From Alistipes sp. (GTDB lineage: Bacteria > Bacteroidota > Bacteroidia > Bacteroidales > Rikenellaceae): DNA of 64,000 nucleotides. Location: assembly GCA_017623505.1 (NCBI GenBank), contig JAGAOZ010000005.1, forward strand, positions 112,710 to 176,709, read 5' to 3'. Positions within the stretch are counted from its first letter, which is position 1; every line of letters starts with the position of its first letter. Below, one piece after another: positions 56,209 through 64,000 of this stretch. The notes below the pieces were generated by a model. The model did no database searches and was not told the DNA's origin. It was given only the letters and a program-made list of their open reading frames with translations. Position numbers and translations under genes: made by a program.

Positions 56209-58356
56209 ATGAAAAAACTATTCTACTTGGTTGCTGCCGTAGGTATGCTCTTCGCTTCTTGTGAGGATTATGACGATACAGGCATCAACAACAAACTCAA
56301 TGAGTTGGATCAGCGTTTGACAGAGCTCGAGGCTACTGTTAAGGCTATGAACCAGGACATCGCTGGTATCCAGACTTTAGTGGATGCAATGCAGAGCAAC
56401 GTTTACGTTTCTCGCATCGTTGAGGGTGAGACCGGCTATGAGGTATTCTTCACCAACGGTGAGTCAATCACTATCTCTAACGGTAAGGATGGTGAGGCTG
56501 GTAAGGACGGTGTAACCGTTACTATTATGCTTGACGAGGCTGACGGTCAGTACTACTGGGCTGTTACTAAGGATGGCGTAACTTCATTCATCGAGGTTGA
56601 CGGTAAGCGTATCCTCGTGAAGGGTGATAAGGGTAACACTCCTCTTATGCGTGTTGTAATGGAGGGTGAGACCGGTTACTGGGAGGTTAGCTACGACAAT
56701 GGCGAGACTTACGAGCGTGTACTTCTTCCAGACGGAACTCCTGTAACTACTTCTGGCGGTGCTGGTGGTTTGTTCAAGGAGGCTTATGTTGACGAGGAGA
56801 CTAACACAGCTGTATTCGTATTCCTCAATGGCGAGAAGCTCGAGATTGAGTTGCGTAGCGAGATGTACATCCGCTTTGCGGGTGAGGAGCAGTTGGAGAA
56901 GGCTGCATTTAAGATGGGCGAGACTCGCGAGTTCCAGTTGGAGGCAGTAGGCGTATTGAAGACTGTTGTTACTACTCCTGACGAGTGGAATGCTTCTTAT
57001 GATAAGGCTACTAAGGTGTTGAAGATTACTGCTCCTGCTGAGTCTCACGCTAACTGTGCAGACTTGGAGGGTGAGTTGGCTTTGATTTACTTCGGTGATG
57101 AGAACCAGAGCTCAGTATTGGCACTCAACGTATATATCGGTAAGTTTATCTCTGCTGAGGAGTCAGCACTCGCAGTTGATGCTACAAAGGACGAGGCTAC
57201 TTATGAGGTAGCGTTCACAACTGATGATGACGAGTTGGAGGTTGTTCCTGCTGTTGATTGGTTGTCAGGTGTTGTTGAGGGTGATGTAGCTAAGATTACA
57301 GTTGCTGCTAATACAGGTGCTGAGCGTGTAGGTACTATCGCAGTTAAGGCTGACGACAACGAGATCGTTATCACTGTAACTCAGGCTCAGGGTGTTGCTC
57401 TCCAGGAGCACGGTATGCGTTTGACTAGCCCTACTGCTCTTTGGAATAAGCCTATCAGCGAGATCGTAGCCGGTGCTACTTCTATCGCTGCTTTGGGTGA
57501 TTACTTGGTAGTAAGTGCTCCTAAGGCTGCTCCTGTTGTTTTGAACGCTTTGACAGGTGAGTATGTAGGTACTGTTGATTTGGGTGAGATGGCAGGTGCT
57601 AATGCAACCATCACAGCTGATGATGCAGGTAACTTGGTTGTTAGCTCATACGCTGAGGCTGATGGCTTCCGTATCGGTCGTATGAAGGGTATTGATGGTA
57701 CTTTGGAGGTATTCATCACTCGTGCAAGCCAGGAGTATGGTAATGATATGTCTGTAATCGGTGACGTTTATGGCGATGCTCGTATTACTTTGATGTACTC
57801 TCCATGGTCATCAGGTACAACAGGTCATTTGTTGTATCAGGTAGCAGGTGGTGTTGCTGACGGTGGTACTTGGTCTAAGATTGCTGCCGGCTCAATCACT
57901 GATAAGATTGACAACAACAATGGTGATGTTATCTACCGTGATATGAACCCAGGTGCTCCTTACTTCATGACAGGTTACTCAAGCAACTGCTTCGTATGGG
58001 CTGAGGGTGGTACTGCTCAGGCTATCCAGGTAACAACTAACTCTAACTGCGGTGCTGTATGTATCGACGTTGAGCAGTTCAACGGTGCTTACTATGTAGC
58101 AACAGCTTGTGATACTTACTTTACTTGGGCATTGGGTGATGCAGCTATCTATATGGCTGACGTTACTTCACTCGCACACTTCCAGGCTGGCGTAGTTCCA
58201 TTCAGCACAGGTGCTTTGGAGTGGAATGCAGCTTCTGCAGGTGGTACAACTGACGTTGCTTTGCGTGCTTCGAAGGATGGTGTATATATGTATGTTTACG
58301 TATTGCACGGAAACGGTAGCGTAGGTTGTGTTCAGACAGACTGCTTGGCTGAGTAA
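56209..58356 (+). CDS. Surface lipoprotein: DUF4988/PL29-N-like coiled-coil region, BACON-like domain and C-terminal domain paralogous to 43803-45524
   Basis: Lipobox FASC followed by EDYDD; NGKDG..GKDG, DGQYYW, YWEVSYDNG; VDWLSGVV...VAANTGAER BACON-like. Confidence 0.75.
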   Translation: MKKLFYLVAAVGMLFASCEDYDDTGINNKLNELDQRLTELEATVKAMNQDIAGIQTLVDAMQSNVYVSRIVEGETGYEVFFTNGESITISNGKDGEAGKDGVTVTIMLDEADGQYYWAVTKDGVTSFIEVDGKRILVKGDKGNTPLMRVVMEGETGYWEVSYDNGETYERVLLPDGTPVTTSGGAGGLFKEAYVDEETNTAVFVFLNGEKLEIELRSEMYIRFAGEEQLEKAAFKMGETREFQLEAVGVLKTVVTTPDEWNASYDKATKVLKITAPAESHANCADLEGELALIYFGDENQSSVLALNVYIGKFISAEESALAVDATKDEATYEVAFTTDDDELEVVPAVDWLSGVVEGDVAKITVAANTGAERVGTIAVKADDNEIVITVTQAQGVALQEHGMRLTSPTALWNKPISEIVAGATSIAALGDYLVVSAPKAAPVVLNALTGEYVGTVDLGEMAGANATITADDAGNLVVSSYAEADGFRIGRMKGIDGTLEVFITRASQEYGNDMSVIGDVYGDARITLMYSPWSSGTTGHLLYQVAGGVADGGTWSKIAAGSITDKIDNNNGDVIYRDMNPGAPYFMTGYSSNCFVWAEGGTAQAIQVTTNSNCGAVCIDVEQFNGAYYVATACDTYFTWALGDAAIYMADVTSLAHFQAGVVPFSTGALEWNAASAGGTTDVALRASKDGVYMYVYVLHGNGSVGCVQTDCLAE

Positions 58357-58368
58357 TTCAACAATATA

Positions 58369-58408
58369 AAAATAGAAGGTCGCTCGATTTTGAGCGACCT
58401 TTTATTTT
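58369..58408. terminator. Bidirectional terminator
   Basis: AAAATAGAAGGTCGCTC/GAGCGACCTTTTATTTT between convergent genes. Confidence 0.8.
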
Positions 58409-58431
58409 ATAATTAGTAAAGAGTAGTTTAT

Positions 58432-58455
58432 TTCACCTTTCACTTTTCACTTTTT
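58432..58455 (-). repeat. Period-7 tandem repeat (AAAAGTG/AAAGGTG) x3
   Basis: ttcacctttcacttttcacttttt directly after the trmN6 stop. Confidence 0.7.
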
Positions 58456-59170
58456 ACATCTTCAGATAGAAGTCCTGCGTGAGGGCACGATAAGCGTCGG
58501 TGTAGTCGTGGTGGGTGTCGCTCTCGATGGTGAGTTGCTCCGCTGTGGGAGGTAGCTGTGGCGAGAGAGAGAACTCCATCATAACACGTTTCACATCGCT
58601 CGAAGGCTTGGGTTTAACGTCGCAGCGGCGAGAGAGAAAGAGTACACCACGTGCGGCAGAGAGAAATCGCTGAGCCTCTGCGGTGGGCTGGATGAGTGAG
58701 AAGTGTCCGTCGGGAGCCAAAAGCCGTTTCACGCCGCTGACAAGCTCCTCAAATGGCAATGTGGCAGTGTGGCGTGCTGTGGTACGCCCTGCGTCGGGCG
58801 AGGTGAGCGAGTCGATAAAATAGGGTGGGTTGCTCACGATGACGTCGAAACGCTCCTCGGTAGTGAAGTCCTGCAGCGAGGTGTGCTGAACGCTGATGCG
58901 GTCGCTCCAGGGTGAGGCTAAGGCGTTGTCGTGTGCCTGAGCCACGCAATCGGCATCAATGTCGATAGCGGTGATGTGAGCCTCGGAAGAGCGTTGAGCG
59001 GTCATAATAGCTATTAAGCCGCTTCCTGTGCCTATATCAAGGATAGAGCGAGTGGTGTCGGACAGTCGCACCCACGCACCGAGCAGAGTACCATCGGTGC
59101 CGACCTTCATAGCGCAGCGGCTATGGTCGATGTGAAACTGCTTGAAGGTAAAGCCACTGCCTCGTGCCAT
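58454..59170 (-). CDS. trmN6: tRNA1(Val) A37 N6-methyltransferase
   Basis: FTFKQF...CAMKVGTDG.LLGAW, LDIGTGSG, NPPYF. Confidence 0.88.
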   Translation of the reverse strand: MARGSGFTFKQFHIDHSRCAMKVGTDGTLLGAWVRLSDTTRSILDIGTGSGLIAIMTAQRSSEAHITAIDIDADCVAQAHDNALASPWSDRISVQHTSLQDFTTEERFDVIVSNPPYFIDSLTSPDAGRTTARHTATLPFEELVSGVKRLLAPDGHFSLIQPTAEAQRFLSAARGVLFLSRRCDVKPKPSSDVKRVMMEFSLSPQLPPTAEQLTIESDTHHDYTDAYRALTQDFYLKM

Positions 59171-59173
59171 AGT

Positions 59174-59947
59174 TTACTCCTTTAGAAAACCATCAATGCC
59201 CGCACCAAAGAGTGCATAGTCGTATTTTACGGGGTCATCGGCACAAAACTCGCGAAGCGAATGGGTAATCTCCACCGTAGCTTTCCAGTCGCTCTGGCGA
59301 CGCGTGAGAAGCCCCAAAGCACGTCCCATATTGCCCGTATGAACGTCCAAAGGGAGGTAGAGTGCCGACATAGGGATTCTCTGCCATAAGCCAAAATCCA
59401 CGCCTCGCTCATCGCGGCGGACAAACCACCTAAGATACATATTGAGTCGCTTGCAGGCAGCACCCTTATCAATAGATGAGAGGTGCTTCTCGCAGTGGGT
59501 GTTATGTGGCACAGAGAAGAACTCGCGACGGAACGCCGAAAGCACCTTTGCCATATCTTGATGCTCAGCATAGCTCTGCTCGAAGAACTCTCCAATACCA
59601 CCGAAACGCTCGGTAAGAGAGCGGATAGAGCGAACGAAGTCGATGAAATCTTCGCCATTAAAGGTGCGGTGGACATAGCTCGCGAGGCTCTGCAACTCCT
59701 TCTCGGAGGCGTTGAGGACAAAGTCGGCAGGCGAGTAGTCCATATACTGCATCATACGGTGGGCACTCTTGACAATCGCCTTGCGGTTGCCCCAGGCGAT
59801 GGTGGCAGCCATAAAACCGGCTATCTCGCGGTCGTGGCGGTCGGTGAAAGAGTGGGGGACGCTGATAGGGTCAGCCTCGATAAAGTCGGGGCAGTTGTAT
59901 TTGTCGTGGAGATGGTCAAGCAACTCCCTGAGTTCCTGGCGGTCCAT
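59174..59947 (-). CDS. TIGR02757 family protein (HhH-GPD-like, DUF2400)
   Basis: DPISVPH, IAWGNRK, CKRLNMYLRW, PLDVHT, DPVKYDYALFG. Confidence 0.85.
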   Translation of the reverse strand: MDRQELRELLDHLHDKYNCPDFIEADPISVPHSFTDRHDREIAGFMAATIAWGNRKAIVKSAHRMMQYMDYSPADFVLNASEKELQSLASYVHRTFNGEDFIDFVRSIRSLTERFGGIGEFFEQSYAEHQDMAKVLSAFRREFFSVPHNTHCEKHLSSIDKGAACKRLNMYLRWFVRRDERGVDFGLWQRIPMSALYLPLDVHTGNMGRALGLLTRRQSDWKATVEITHSLREFCADDPVKYDYALFGAGIDGFLKE

Positions 59948-59950
59948 AGC

Positions 59951-60601
59951 TTATAAGATTTTGCCGTCACGCATAGTTATCTTGCGGTCAGCCATAGCGG
60001 CTAAGCTTTCGTCGTGCGTAACGATGAGGGTGGTCTGACCCAATTCATCACGCAAACGGAAGAAGAGAGAGTGAATCTCCTCGCGATTCTTTGTGTCGAG
60101 GTTGCCAGAAGGCTCATCGGCAAGAAGTAACGAAGGACGATTCATAATGGCTCGTGCGATAGCGACACGTTGCTGCTCACCGCCCGATAACGTGCTGGGC
60201 TTGTGAGAGATACGTTCCGCGAGATTCATCATCTTGAGAAGCTCCTTTGCCTCTCGCTCAGCCTCCTTCAGAGGGCGACGAGCAATGAGTGCCGGCATCA
60301 TAACATTCTCCAACGCCGAGAACTCCGGCAGGAGATGATGAAACTGAAAAACGAAGCCTATATGACGGTTGCGGAAGTCGGATAAGGCGTTGTCTTTGAG
60401 TTGATTGACCTGCTCGCCATTGATGGTGAGCGAGCCGCTGTCCATAGGCGACAGAGTGCCGAGAATCTGCAACAGAGTAGTCTTACCCGCACCACTCGGA
60501 CCAACGATAGAGACAACCTCGGAGCGGCGAACATCGAGCGAGACACCCTTCAGCACCTCCAAATCGCCAAAACTTTTGTGTATATCTTTTGCGTGAATCA
60601 T
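59951..60601 (-). CDS. LolD-like ABC transporter ATP-binding protein (start MIHAK at 60601)
   Basis: [43 protein letters not shown]. Confidence 0.88.
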   Translation of the reverse strand: MIHAKDIHKSFGDLEVLKGVSLDVRRSEVVSIVGPSGAGKTTLLQILGTLSPMDSGSLTINGEQVNQLKDNALSDFRNRHIGFVFQFHHLLPEFSALENVMMPALIARRPLKEAEREAKELLKMMNLAERISHKPSTLSGGEQQRVAIARAIMNRPSLLLADEPSGNLDTKNREEIHSLFFRLRDELGQTTLIVTHDESLAAMADRKITMRDGKIL

Positions 60602-60630
60602 AGCTATTTTGTCTGATAGGACAAAAATAG

Positions 60631-60659
60631 AATTCAAAATTCAAAATTCAAAATTCAAA
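60631..60659 (+). repeat. Period-7 tandem repeat (AATTCAA) x4
   Basis: aattcaaaattcaaaattcaaaattcaaa. Confidence 0.85.
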
Positions 60660-60724
60660 GTTGAATATTAGGCTGTTTTGTGTGGAAAAAATCGGGGAGA
60701 TTTGGGAGATTAGAAAAAAATATT

Positions 60725-60732
60725 TACCTTTG
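60725..60732 (+). promoter_or_regulatory. -7 promoter element for rpmI-rplT
   Basis: TACCTTTG 32 nt upstream of the rpmI ATG. Confidence 0.65.
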
Positions 60733-60764
60733 CACGCTATGTTTAACTAAAAACAATTACGAAA

Positions 60765-60959
60765 ATGCCAAAAATGAAAACAAATGCCGCTGCAAAGAAA
60801 CGTTTTACTTTCACCGGCACAGGTAAGATCAAGCGTAAGCACGCTTATCACAGTCACATCCTGACAAAAAAGACTAAGAAGCAGAAGCGTAACCTTTGTT
60901 ACTCTTCAACTGTATCTGCAGCCGACGAGGCTAAGATCAAGAATTTGTTGGTTAAGTAA
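60765..60959 (+). CDS. rpmI: 50S ribosomal protein L35
   Basis: [29 protein letters not shown]. Confidence 0.98.
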   Translation: MPKMKTNAAAKKRFTFTGTGKIKRKHAYHSHILTKKTKKQKRNLCYSSTVSAADEAKIKNLLVK

Positions 60960-61064
60960 TTAGCTGACAAACAGAACTTTATTTATTAACAACCGGGACA
61001 GAATAGCCCTAAAGAGTGTGAGAGAATCACGCCGCTATGAGTTCCATCAAAAACTTATTTTACT

Positions 61065-61409
61065 ATGCCACGTTCAGTCAATGCTGTTGCGTCACGCGCA
61101 AGAAGAAAGAAGGTTTTGAAGCTTGCCAAAGGTAACTTTGGTTCAAGGGGAAACGTTTGGACAGTAGCGAAAAATACTGTCGAGAAGGGTCTGCAGTATG
61201 CTTATGCACACCGCCAGATTAAAAAGAGAACATACCGCTCATTGTGGATTACACGTATCAACGCTGCAGTTCGCGCTTTCGGTATGACTTATTCAGAGTT
61301 TATGGGTAAAGTTAACGCTAAGGGTATCGCTTTGAACCGTAAGGTTTTGGCAGACTTGGCGATGAACGAGCCTAAGGCATTTGAGGCAATTGTTAATGCA
61401 GTAAAATAG
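61065..61409 (+). CDS. rplT: 50S ribosomal protein L20
   Basis: MPRS...[34 protein letters not shown]. Confidence 0.98.
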   Translation: MPRSVNAVASRARRKKVLKLAKGNFGSRGNVWTVAKNTVEKGLQYAYAHRQIKKRTYRSLWITRINAAVRAFGMTYSEFMGKVNAKGIALNRKVLADLAMNEPKAFEAIVNAVK

Positions 61410-61416
61410 CAAATCA

Positions 61417-61542
61417 CGAAAACTCGCCTAAAATGGTGATTTCTGCGTTACGCTCGAGTTCGAAATCCTCACATACGCCGAGTATGCTGCGGTTTCTCAC
61501 TCTTCGCAAGCCTTGAAATCCCTCATTTTATCCAAGTTTTCG
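61417..61542. repeat. 126-bp imperfect palindrome (REP/MITE-like)
   Basis: Nested arms CGAAAACT/AGTTTTCG, TAAAATG/CATTTTA, GATTTC/GAAATC, TGCG/CGCA around CATAC-gccga-GTATG. Confidence 0.7.
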
Positions 61543-61551
61543 GCAAGTATG

Positions 61552-61587
61552 GGTCGGGTAGCTTTCGGGTTATCCGACCTTTTTTTT
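61552..61587 (+). terminator. Intrinsic terminator
   Basis: GGTCGGGTAGC/GTTATCCGACC stem followed by T8. Confidence 0.8.
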
Positions 61588-61597
61588 GTTTGAAGTT

Positions 61598-61650
61598 CCT
61601 CACATACGCCGAGTATGCTGCGTTTTTTCAAAGTTCGCAAGCCTTGAAAT
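61598..61650. repeat. Second 53-bp partial copy of the palindromic element (61467-61519)
   Basis: CCTCACATACGCCGAGTATGCTGCG...TTCGCAAGCCTTGAAAT is shared. Confidence 0.85.
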
Positions 61651-61680
61651 TCCACTTCTTATATGCGTTCGGGTAAAGTT

Positions 61681-61715
61681 GGGTGGTCCAAGATTTTGGA
61701 CTACCCATTTTTTTT
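61681..61715 (+). terminator. Second intrinsic terminator
   Basis: GGGTGGTCCAA/TTGGACTACCC stem followed by a T-run. Confidence 0.75.
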
Positions 61716-61719
61716 GTTG

Positions 61720-61781
61720 TAATGAGTAATTAGTAATGAGTAATTAGTAATTCACTTTTCAGTTTTTAGTTTTCACCTTTT
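61720..61781. repeat. Adjacent period-7 arrays: (TAAT[G/T]AG) x4 then (CACTTTT/CAGTTTT-like) x4
   Basis: taatgag taattag taatgag taattag taatt cactttt cagtttt tagtttt cacctttt. Confidence 0.8.
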
Positions 61782-61857
61782 AGTTTCATTTTAGAGTGTT
61801 TTGTTAAGAAATAGTTATAAATACTTCATATAGTTTGGCTGATAGGGAAAAAATAGT

Positions 61858-61865
61858 TACCTTTG
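61858..61865 (+). promoter_or_regulatory. -7 promoter element for the gene at 62002
   Basis: TACCTTTG about 135 nt upstream of ATG. Confidence 0.55.
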
Positions 61866-62001
61866 AGGTCCGATTAACTATATATAGTTAAGAGGTTGTC
61901 TCGCAAGGCTCTTTCGGCATAGTGAGGATTTAGACAAGTAGACAACAAAAAAATACAAAATACAAAATACAAAGTTTAACAAATTTTAATAACCAAATTT
62001 T

Positions 62002-64000
62002 ATGAAAAACACTTTTTTTAAGTCATTTATGGCGATAGCAGCGGTGGTGGCATCGTTCGCTTTTACCGCGTGTGATGACAGTGAGAATGGTACTACATTC
62101 CTTGACCCGGATGTAGAACTGTCTGTCGAGACACTTGCTTTTACTCAGGCAGAGGAGAGTAAGACATTTGACTTGGTTTCAGACGCTGATTGGAAGGTTG
62201 ATGTTCCTGTATCAGCTGATTGGGTGACCGTTACACCACAGAAGGGTGGTGCAGGTCAGCACACTCTGACAGTGAGCGTTGCAGCCAACAACTCAGGCTC
62301 GGCTCGTGAGGCAATCATCCGTGTAAGCTCCCTTCATCCGACATACGGCGAGTGGGATACAGAGAAATTGACCGTATCGCAGTCAGCTACTGAGGAGGAG
62401 ATTAAGCCTTTGGAGGTAGTGTACTCAGATAACTTCGATAAGAAGGAGGCTGTAAAGGATGGAAATTATTGGCCTTGGCTCAAGGATACAGCAGCAGACT
62501 ACACCAACCCACAGGGTAGCGGTGCAGCTAACGTTGTATACGAGTCGGCTAACGTAACTGTTCGTGCTAACTCAGCATCTGATAGCAACTACTCAGACTA
62601 TGCAGGTTCAGGTTTGAATAACCTCTTCTTCGGTGCACGTATCAACTACGTGACAGTTAGCGGTATTGAGCTCCCAGCGGAGGGCGACTGCTTCGTATTG
62701 TCATTCGGTTCAGAGAAGTACTCTCAGGATGGCGACTCAACATTCAACAATGACGAGTTCCACGTTTACATCTCAACCGACAACACTCTCTGGTCGGAGG
62801 TTGAGTATGCATTTGAGGAGGGTGACGAGTTGTCAGGTCGCTGGAACGATGCTAAGGCTTCATTCCGTTTGGCATCAGTGCCTTCGACACTCTCTATTAT
62901 GGTATCGGCTGACGTAGCATCGGTATATCGTTTGGATGACTTGCAGCTGCAGTCTGGTGGCGAGGGTGCTCAGCTTATCGACCTTGCGCAGGGTGTAGAG
63001 AACCCTAACGAGCCAGAGACTCCAGATACTCCTGACACACCTATTGAGGGTAGCTTCTTCACAGATAACTTCGATAAGAAGGAGGCTGTAAAGGATGCAA
63101 GCGGCTACTGGCCATATATGAGCGCAGACTACGGTAATGCAGTAGGTGATGGCGCTGCAACTGTATCATACGACTCAAAGAACGTAACTGTTCGTGCAAA
63201 CTCTGCCTCTAACGGTAACTACTCAGCTTACGAAGGCTCAGGTTTGAACAACCTATTCTTCGGTAAGGAGGGTAACTATGTTGAGATTCGCGATATTACT
63301 TTGCCAGCGGGCGAGGATACATTTATGATGACCTTCGGTGCAGAGAAATATACTCAGAGTGGCGACTCTGTATTTAAGTACGAAGAGTTCCACGTATATC
63401 TCTCAGCGGATAATGCTACTTGGTCAGAGATTACATACTCATTCGCTGATGGCGATAACCTGGATGGTACTTGGAACGATGCTTCGGCTACATTCCGTCT
63501 GACAGAGGTTCCTGCTAAGCTCTCTGTGAAGTTCTCAGTAGATGTAGCTTCAGTATATCGTTTGGATGACGTTGTATTGGGTGTGGCAGAGTCTGCAACA
63601 CAGGATGTAACCCTCAGCGAGGGTAGCGGTACTCCAGAGGAGCCAGCAGGTGACGAGGTAACCGTTACTGAGGCTATTGGCTTGGCACAGGGTACAACCG
63701 TAAAGGTTAAGGAATCAACTGTTGTGGCTGTTTCGGCTCGTTCATATCTCTTGACTGATGGTACAAGCTATATCTTGGCTTATGCAGGTGCAGACCCAGG
63801 TTTGGTAGTAGGTGATAAGGTAACTGTATCGGCTTCAATAGGTGCTTACCGTAGCGTACCACAGCTCGCTGACCCTGTGGCAACAAAGGTTGGTCACGAC
63901 GACGCATTTACTCACCCAGAGCCAGTGGTGATGGATGGTGCAGCAGCTGACGCATTCCTTACATCAACATATATCAAGTATGTGAAGATGACAGGTAAGC
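62002..64000 (+). CDS. Large surface lipoprotein, truncated by the window edge: BACON domain, two tandem ~200-aa domains and an OB-fold-like domain
   Basis: Read by hand, open to the window end and absent from the ORF track: MKNTFF...FTAC-DDSE lipobox; WKVDV...DWVTVTPQKG..VAANNSGSAREA; DNFDKKEAVKD repeated 636 nt apart. Confidence 0.85.
   Translation, partial: MKNTFFKSFMAIAAVVASFAFTACDDSENGTTFLDPDVELSVETLAFTQAEESKTFDLVSDADWKVDVPVSADWVTVTPQKGGAGQHTLTVSVAANNSGSAREAIIRVSSLHPTYGEWDTEKLTVSQSATEEEIKPLEVVYSDNFDKKEAVKDGNYWPWLKDTAADYTNPQGSGAANVVYESANVTVRANSASDSNYSDYAGSGLNNLFFGARINYVTVSGIELPAEGDCFVLSFGSEKYSQDGDSTFNNDEFHVYISTDNTLWSEVEYAFEEGDELSGRWNDAKASFRLASVPSTLSIMVSADVASVYRLDDLQLQSGGEGAQLIDLAQGVENPNEPETPDTPDTPIEGSFFTDNFDKKEAVKDASGYWPYMSADYGNAVGDGAATVSYDSKNVTVRANSASNGNYSAYEGSGLNNLFFGKEGNYVEIRDITLPAGEDTFMMTFGAEKYTQSGDSVFKYEEFHVYLSADNATWSEITYSFADGDNLDGTWNDASATFRLTEVPAKLSVKFSVDVASVYRLDDVVLGVAESATQDVTLSEGSGTPEEPAGDEVTVTEAIGLAQGTTVKVKESTVVAVSARSYLLTDGTSYILAYAGADPGLVVGDKVTVSASIGAYRSVPQLADPVATKVGHDDAFTHPEPVVMDGAAADAFLTSTYIKYVKMTGK

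Noticed and set aside
55863-56209. tRNA or invertible promoter in the ROK divergent intergenic region
   Set aside because: No cloverleaf, T-loop or CCA pattern, and no long inverted repeats flanking either promoter

Overview
64-kb chromosomal window from a Bacteroidales bacterium. Gene content, TAnnTTTG promoters and SusC/SusD support that placement; Rikenellaceae/Alistipes-like is an inference. 1-28 kb is mostly housekeeping: S9 peptidase, NUDIX-porX-tsaE-cdaA, ispE, ruvA, two FKBP-like lipoproteins, dnaK, secDF, coaE, folP, dxr, rseP, radA and thioredoxin. 28-31.4 kb is an AT-richer accessory patch. There a lipoprotein gene sits between two ~191-bp direct repeats, each carrying the 3' end of the neighbouring AlkD-like gene plus a terminator and promoter. 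The next gene has a ~200-nt long-hairpin leader. 33-56 kb is a ROK-regulated polysaccharide utilisation locus (PUL) with no recognisable classical sialidase. It encodes SusC/SusD, two GHL10-like hydrolases, a NAGPA-type phosphodiester glycosidase, a calcineurin-like phosphoesterase, two SGNH esterases, an N-acylglucosamine 2-epimerase, an AmpG-like MFS, DUF4434, DUF5009 and an FAD oxidoreductase. I infer it may scavenge bacterial cell-wall or phosphodiester-linked amino-sugar polymers. 56-64 kb holds a surface lipoprotein paralogous to a PUL component, trmN6, a TIGR02757 protein, an ABC ATPase, rpmI-rplT (no infC), palindromic repeats and a truncated BACON lipoprotein. I saw no tRNA, rRNA, CRISPR array, integrase or transposase. 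Family assignments come from motif recognition by eye, not database searches.
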